Source of the DNA: an uncultured Chloroflexia bacterium
GTDB lineage: Bacteria > Chloroflexota > Chloroflexia > Thermomicrobiales > UBA6265
Direction of reading: 5' to 3'
NCBI GenBank assembly: GCA_963741805.1
Contig: CAVUJR010000003.1
Location: 56,876-120,875 of the forward strand
DNA length: 64,000 nucleotides
The position numbers and the translations under genes are program-made. Shown here piece after piece: positions 58,370 through 64,000 of the stretch (positions are counted from its first letter, which is position 1; each line of letters opens with the position of its first letter). A model generated the notes under the pieces. It saw nothing but the letters and a program-made list of their open reading frames with translations, was not told where the DNA came from and did not search any database.

Positions 58370-58789
58370 CTATATGGTTCCACGGCGGGCACGGCGCACG
58401 GGTCGGCGCTCGAGCTGCGACGGACGATGACCCGCCTTGCGGAGGCGCTTCGCCTCGCGGTCCTGCGGCGCCTGCATGACGATAGCCACTGCGCTGGCCG
58501 CCAGCGCGAGCCAGGAGAACACGATCCAGATCGGGCGTCCAAACGTTGCCGGGTCGATCTGGAGTAGCCGCACAATGGTGAAGAACAGCCCGAGTCCGGC
58601 GGACCAGCCAAGCCACATAGCCGCCTTACCGACGAAGCGCCTGGAATGCGCCTTGCCGAACGGCGGCGCCCATGGTCGGGCGGAATAGAATCCGGATGCG
58701 AGGAGCACGATCGCGAAGACGACGATGCTCACCACAATGAACGGGTTCAGGACCTCATCAGCCGTCGGCCGTGTTGTTAGCCAGTCCAT
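58370..58789 (-). CDS. Three-TM membrane protein of unknown function immediately downstream of sdhB
   Basis: 139 aa, three hydrophobic helices, basic C-terminal tail. 24-nt gap from sdhB. Confidence 0.5.
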   Translation of the reverse strand: MDWLTTRPTADEVLNPFIVVSIVVFAIVLLASGFYSARPWAPPFGKAHSRRFVGKAAMWLGWSAGLGLFFTIVRLLQIDPATFGRPIWIVFSWLALAASAVAIVMQAPQDREAKRLRKAGHRPSQLERRPVRRARRGTI

Positions 58790-58813
58790 CTCTCCACCCC
58801 ACGCAGGAAGTCA

Positions 58814-59512
58814 CTAGACCTCGCCGAGAACCAGCGATCGCTTTACCTGTTCGATCGCCTCGGTGACCTTGATGTCACGCGGGCAGGCGTCGGTGCAGTT
58901 GAAGACGGTGCGGCAGCGCCACACTCCGGAGCCGGTGTTCAGGATGCGCAGGCGCTCGCCGGCGCCCTGGTCGCGGCTGTCGAAAATGAAACGGTGAGCA
59001 TTCACGATTGCCGCCGGCCCGACGAACTCGTCGTTGGTCCATGTGATCGGGCATGACGTGGTGCAGGCCGCGCAGAGGATGCACTTCGTTGTGTCGTCGA
59101 AGATCGCGCGATCCTCGGGCGACTGCAGCCGCTCGCCGGAGGCCGGAGCATCGTCGGCGATAAGGTACGGCTTGACCGACTTGTACGCGTCGAAGAACTT
59201 CTCCATGTCGACGAGGAGGTCCTTTTCGACGCGGAACCCGAGCAGGGGCTCCAGCGTGACACGCTTGCCAAGATCCTTCATCAGGACCTTGCAGGCCAGG
59301 CGATTCCGGCCGTTGATGCGCATCGCGTCGGAGCCGCAGATGCCGTGGGCGCAAGAGCGGCGATAGGTGAGGGTGCCGTCCTGGTACCACTTCACCTGAT
59401 TCAGCGCGTCCAGCACGCGGTCGGTGCCCTCGACCTCGACGTTGTATTCCTCGAAGTGAGCCTTCTGGTCCATCTCCGGGTTGAACCGCTTGATACGAAG
59501 GGTGACCTGCAT
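58814..59512 (-). CDS. sdhB: Succinate dehydrogenase / fumarate reductase iron-sulfur subunit
   Basis: 2Fe-2S motif CAHGICGSDAMRINGRNRLAC. 4Fe-4S/3Fe-4S motifs CILCAACTTSCP and CRTVFNCTDACP. Confidence 0.9.
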   Translation of the reverse strand: MQVTLRIKRFNPEMDQKAHFEEYNVEVEGTDRVLDALNQVKWYQDGTLTYRRSCAHGICGSDAMRINGRNRLACKVLMKDLGKRVTLEPLLGFRVEKDLLVDMEKFFDAYKSVKPYLIADDAPASGERLQSPEDRAIFDDTTKCILCAACTTSCPITWTNDEFVGPAAIVNAHRFIFDSRDQGAGERLRILNTGSGVWRCRTVFNCTDACPRDIKVTEAIEQVKRSLVLGEV

Positions 59513-59565
59513 CCTGCTCCCTCTCCTGTTGTTCTCGACCCACCTGCCGCCGCGCGGCGTCGTCC

Positions 59566-61299
59566 CTAGTATTTTCTCTCTTTTGGCTCAAAACGGGTAA
59601 TGGTCACCGGCTTGAAATCCGTCCGAATCCCGTCCGGACCCCTCGCGATCATCGTGTGCTTGAGCCAGTTGACGTCGTCCCGTTTCTGGAAGTCGTTCCG
59701 GAAATGCGCGCCACGGCTTTCCTGCCGGGCAAGGGCACCATGGGCCATCACCTCGGCGACATCCAGCATGTGCTCCAGTTCCAACGTCTCCATTAGGTCC
59801 GTGTTGTAGATCCTGCCTTTGTCTCCCACTGTAACACGGGAATAGGCGTCTTTGAGACCTTCCAGATGCGTCAATGCATGGCGGATTCCGGCTTCGTCTC
59901 GAACCACCGACATGTTCTCGGTCATCTCCTGTTGCATGGACGAGCGGATGGCGGCGGCACGTTCCCCGCCAGGGTTGTTCAGCAGGGCGTCGATGCGCTC
60001 CTCGATATGCGCGGACGGATCTTTCGGCAGGTCGACGAACTCCAGCGTCCGCAGGTCCTCGATCGCCTGGCGGCCAGCCCGGCGCCCGAAGACGACCAGC
60101 TCCAGGAGCGAATTGGTGCCGAGCCGGTTGGCGCCATGCACCGAGACGCAGGCCGCCTCTCCCGCGGCGTACAGGCCGGGGATGACGGTACCCTGCCCAT
60201 CGCGGATCGCCTGGCCGTTGACGTTCGTCGGTAGGCCGCCCATCGTGAAGTGGGCCGTGGGCTGGATCGGGATGCCTTCCTTGGTGGGCTCGACGCCGAG
60301 GTACACGCGGGCGAAGTCGGTCACGTCCGGGAGTTTCGCCTCGATGACCTCCGGCGGAAGGTGGGAGATGTCGAGCAGGACGTAGTCTTCGCCGTTGATC
60401 CCTCGGCCCTCATGGATCTCCTGCCAGATGAAGCGGGACATCATGTCGCGCGGCGCAAGGTCTTTCATCGTCGGGGCGTAACGGGCGGCAAACCCCTCGC
60501 CGGCGTTGTTCCGGACAATACCGCCCTCGCCGCGCGCCGCTTCGGAGACCAGGATGCCGAGCTTGCGCAGGCCGGTCGGGTGGAACTGGAGGAACTCCAT
60601 ATCCATCAGCGGCACGCCGCGGCGATAGGCGATACCGATGCCGTCTCCGGTGCTGGCCAGCGCGTTCGACGTGATCTTGTAGACGCGACCGGCGCCGCCG
60701 GTGGCGATGATCACGGCACGCGCCTGGATCACGTGAAGCTCGCCCGTTTTCAGCTCGTAAGTGATGACCCCGGCGCACTGTCCGTCGTCGGTGAACATCA
60801 GGTCGACGAGGTGATGCTCGTCGAAGAAGTTCACTTTGTGCTTGATGCTGTTCTGGTAGAGCGTCTGCAAGATCATGTGGCCCGTGCGGTCGGCGGCATA
60901 GCAGGCGCGGCGCACCGGTCCCTCGCCATGGGCGCGCGTATGACCTCCAAACCGACGCTGGTCGATTCTGCCCTCTGGCGTGCGGTTGAAGGGCAGACCC
61001 ATGTGCTCCAGCGAGATCACCGCCTCGATCGCGTCCTTGACGAGGATTTCGGCGGCATCCTGGTCGACGAGGTAGTCGCCTCCCTTCACCGTGTCGTACA
61101 TGTGCCACTCCCAATGGTCTTCCTCGGTGTTTCCGAGGGAGGCGGCGATCCCGCCCTGGGCGGCGCCCGTGTGGGAGCGTGAGGGGAACAATTTCGTCAC
61201 GCAGGCGATATGCGCGCCGCTATCGGCGAGCTGGATGGCGGCGGCCAGGCCAGCACCGCCTGCCCCGACGACAACGGCGTCGTATCGGTGGAACGCCAT
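59566..61299 (-). CDS. sdhA: Succinate dehydrogenase / fumarate reductase flavoprotein subunit
   Basis: Motifs [22 protein letters not shown] (covalent-FAD His), HPTG, and RGEGG. 577 aa, intact. Confidence 0.9.
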   Translation of the reverse strand: MAFHRYDAVVVGAGGAGLAAAIQLADSGAHIACVTKLFPSRSHTGAAQGGIAASLGNTEEDHWEWHMYDTVKGGDYLVDQDAAEILVKDAIEAVISLEHMGLPFNRTPEGRIDQRRFGGHTRAHGEGPVRRACYAADRTGHMILQTLYQNSIKHKVNFFDEHHLVDLMFTDDGQCAGVITYELKTGELHVIQARAVIIATGGAGRVYKITSNALASTGDGIGIAYRRGVPLMDMEFLQFHPTGLRKLGILVSEAARGEGGIVRNNAGEGFAARYAPTMKDLAPRDMMSRFIWQEIHEGRGINGEDYVLLDISHLPPEVIEAKLPDVTDFARVYLGVEPTKEGIPIQPTAHFTMGGLPTNVNGQAIRDGQGTVIPGLYAAGEAACVSVHGANRLGTNSLLELVVFGRRAGRQAIEDLRTLEFVDLPKDPSAHIEERIDALLNNPGGERAAAIRSSMQQEMTENMSVVRDEAGIRHALTHLEGLKDAYSRVTVGDKGRIYNTDLMETLELEHMLDVAEVMAHGALARQESRGAHFRNDFQKRDDVNWLKHTMIARGPDGIRTDFKPVTITRFEPKERKY

Positions 61300-61412
61300 G
61301 GGAAATCTCCAGTCGTGTGTATCCGCGAGGCGGATCGGTCACTCCTGTCATTCTGCCAGCGTCGTGCGTCGGGGGACGAGACCCGTTTGGGCGGTTTCGC
61401 GGCTTAAATGCA

Positions 61413-61445
61413 ACGGCGCCGCGTCCTTGCAGGACGTGGCGCCGT
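61413..61445 (-). terminator. Strong hairpin between the two sdhA copies
   Basis: ~14-bp GC-rich stem (ACGGCGCCGCGTCC/GGACGTGGCGCCGT), followed on the minus strand by TGCATTTAAG. Confidence 0.45.
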
Positions 61446-61464
61446 GCGGATCGACCGATATGCG

Positions 61465-63202
61465 CTAGTACTTGCGCTCCTTTGGCTGGAACTTCGTGAT
61501 CACAATCGGCTTCTTCTCGATCGTCAGCGCGCCGGCATCGTCGCGATAGAGGAGGGTATGCGCGAGCCAGTTCTGGTCGTCGCGGTCCTGGTAATCCTCA
61601 CGGTAGTGAGCGCCGCGGCTCTCCTTGCGGGCGATCGCGCCTTCGACGATCGCGTCGGAGCAGTCGAGCATATTGCGCAGCTCCATGACCTCCAGCAGGT
61701 CCATGTTGTAGGTGCTGCCATGATCCATGATCGCGACGTTATCGTAGGCGGCGCGGAGCTCGGCGAGGCGGGTCTTCGCTTCCTGCATGCCCTTTTCGTC
61801 GCGGACCACGGACACGTTGTCCATCATGATGTCCTGCATGCCCTTGCGGATGTCGGCAGCACGCTCGCCGGTCTTGCGCGACTTGAGCGTTGCGATCTGC
61901 TCGCGGGCCCGGTCCTCGACGTTGTCCGGCAGCGTTGCGAAGTCGAGCGTCTTGACGTCTTCCAAGCATCTTTCGTCCGGCGCGCCTCCCGAACACCACG
62001 AGGTCAACGAGCGAGTTCGTGCCGAGCCGGTTCGCGCCGTGGACGGAGACGCACGCGGCTTCACCGGCGGAGTAGAAGCCGGGAACGACCGTGCCGCTCG
62101 GGTCGGTGATGACCTGCGCGTCGATGTTCGTTGGCAGACCGCCCATGGCGTAGTGGGCGGTCGGCTGGACCGGGACGCCTTCCTTCTTCGGCTCGACACC
62201 GAGGTAGACGCGCGCGAAGTCGGTGATGTCTGGCAGCTTCTCGTCGATGACTTCCGGCGGGAGGTGCGAGACGTCGAGGAGGACGTAGTCCTTGCCGTCG
62301 ATTCCGCGGCCCTCCTTCACTTCCTGATAGATAAAGCGGGACATCATGTCGCGCGGCGCAAGATCCTTCATCGTCGGTGCATAGCGGGCGGCGAAGGCTT
62401 CTCCCTCGCTGTTGCGGACCACGCCACCCTCACCGCGAGCGGCCTCTGACAGGAGGATGCCCAACTTGTAGAGGCCTGTCGGATGGAACTGGTACATCTC
62501 CATGTCCATCAGCGGCACGCCGCGCCGCCAGGCCAGGGCCACGCCGTCGCCTGTCCCGGCGAGGGCGTTGGACGTCACGCGGAAGACGCGGCCGAAACCG
62601 CCGGAGGCGATGAGGACAGTCTTGGCGTGAATGGTATGCAGCTCGCCGGTCTTGATCTCGTACGTCACCACGCCGGCGCACTGGCCATCGTCCGTGAAGA
62701 TGAGATCGACGAGATGATGCTCGTCGAAGAAGTTGACGTTGTGCTTGATACCTTGCTGGTAGAGGGTCTGGATGATCATGTGTCCGGTGCGGTCGGCGGC
62801 GTAGCAGGCGCGGCGCACTGGGCCCTCGCCATAGTTGCGGCTGTGTCCACCGAACCGGCGCTGGTCGATCTTGCCCTCCGGAGTGCGGTTGAACGGCAGC
62901 CCCATGTGCTCCAGCTCGTAGACCGCGTCGATGGCCTCCCGCGCGAGGACTTCGGCCGCGTCCTGGTCGACGAGGTAGTCACCGCCCTTGACGGTGTCGT
63001 ACATGTGCCATTCCCAATGGTCTTCTTCGGTGTTTCCGAGGGCCGCGCCGATTCCGCCCTGGGCCGCTCCGGTATGTGACCGGGTCGGGTACAGCTTGCT
63101 GACGACCGCGATGTTCGCCTTGCCAGCCATCTGTATTGCCGCCATGAGGCCCGCGCCGCCGGCGCCGACGACGACCGCGTCGTAACGGTGATACGCCATC
63201 AA
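61465..63202 (-). pseudogene. Second SdhA-type flavoprotein paralog (~80% aa identity to 59566..61299), frameshift near 61962-61966
   Basis: ORF 61739..63202 matches sdhA up to ...[11 protein letters not shown]. The remainder, LEDVKTLDF...RGAHYREDY...[11 protein letters not shown], lies in ORF 61465..62199. A single extra base in CTTGGAAGAC joins them. Confidence 0.8.
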
Positions 63203-63421
63203 GTTGCTCCTTTAGAACCGTCCCGAGAGACCCGATGTGGGAACTTCTACGTTATTCTGCCACGCACTCCGGTATTCAGAAAGGGAGAAAAGCCGCCGCG
63301 ACGCGGTTTCCGACGGCGCAATCGACGGTATACTCCCAGCGATGACGTGAGAGACAGCGATCACGCCGGCCACGCCCCCGCGCGCAGGCGCCGCGACGCT
63401 GTGTGCCCCGGAGGATTCCTC

Positions 63422-64000
63422 GTGCCCCGAACCACCCTACCAACCGTCGCCGATGTCCTGTCCCTGTCCGAGTCGTTTCTGGAGCCGATCGTTGCGCTGA
63501 CCACGCGCCTGACCGAGGTGCCGGCGCCGACGAATGACGAGGGTGATCGCGCCGTGGCCCTTCGCTCAGAGCTCGAGGCACTGGGTTACGAAGGCGTGAC
63601 GGTCGATGACCTGCACGACGTCACCGCGCGCATCCCGGGTGACGATTCGTCGCGCGTGCTGCTCGTCGCGGCGCATACCGATACGGTGTTCCCGCGCGGC
63701 ACGAACCTGACGGTGCGGCGGGACGGCGATACGCTGCACGCTCCGGCGGTGGGTGACAACACGGTGGCCGTCGCCTCCGTCGCGATGCTGCGCAAGGCCT
63801 TCAAGGACCTCGGCGTGACCCCGGCGATCGACATTGTCGTCACCGGGAATGTTGGTGAGGAAGGGCTTGGCGATCTGCGTGGCATGCGTGCGGTGGTCGA
63901 CGGGCTCTCTGACATCGCCGGGGCGATCGCGGTCGAGGGTCATCTGCTCGGGCGCATTACGCACCGTGCGGTCGGCAGCAAGCGCCTGAAGGTGACCGTT
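63422..64000 (+). CDS. M20-family metallopeptidase / deacylase (ArgE/DapE/PepT-like), N-terminal part (3' end outside window)
   Basis: GTG 63422 lies 7 nt after GGAGG. The frame stays open to the window end. Motifs AAHTDTVFP, GDN, and GEEGLGDLRG. Confidence 0.7.
   Translation, partial: MPRTTLPTVADVLSLSESFLEPIVALTTRLTEVPAPTNDEGDRAVALRSELEALGYEGVTVDDLHDVTARIPGDDSSRVLLVAAHTDTVFPRGTNLTVRRDGDTLHAPAVGDNTVAVASVAMLRKAFKDLGVTPAIDIVVTGNVGEEGLGDLRGMRAVVDGLSDIAGAIAVEGHLLGRITHRAVGSKRLKVTV

Overview
High-GC (~65%) bacterial chromosomal segment. It looks Chloroflexota/Thermomicrobia-like, an inference from three things: a T-box leader, a large Bacillus-type SRP RNA, and 'MDxxRFDxL...RRRF' Tat-like signals. 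Gene calls rest on my reading of the ORF translations and motif recollection; no searches were run.

Content is mostly housekeeping:
- Translation and replication: rpsF-ssb-rpsR, rplS, rnhB, yraN, leuS, hisS, a CysS/MshC-like ligase, prfB with its classical +1 programmed frameshift, parB.
- Metabolism and cofactors: moaA, moaB, a CoxS/CoxM-like pair, gcvPB, a fused homocysteine methyltransferase/MTHFR, galK, otsB.
- Transport and envelope: an NCS2 permease, an MFS transporter, and a GtrA/FAD-oxidoreductase/YfhO-like envelope cluster.
- Cyanophycin: a cyanophycinase-cyanophycin synthetase operon.
- Respiration: an sdh locus with two tandem sdhA copies.
- RNA genes: SRP RNA and tRNA-Ala(GGC).

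Most notable observations:
1. A complete tRNA-Ala gene sits inside the leuS T-box riboswitch leader, between Stem I/F-box and the T-box/terminator.
2. A second cyanophycin-synthetase-like protein has the N and Mur-ligase-like M domains but no ATP-grasp domain, and lies far from the cphB-cphA operon.
3. About 13 frame disruptions are packed into three adjacent genes at 17.4-21.8 kb. Isolated single-nucleotide frameshifts also occur in conserved genes, including essential hisS. Together these point to assembly indel errors and/or local gene decay.
4. A tandem pair of uncharacterised secreted paralogs lies next to the tRNA.
5. The sdh locus has duplicated sdhA genes and no recognisable sdhC/D.

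No CRISPR array, transposase, integrase or recognisable defence system was found.
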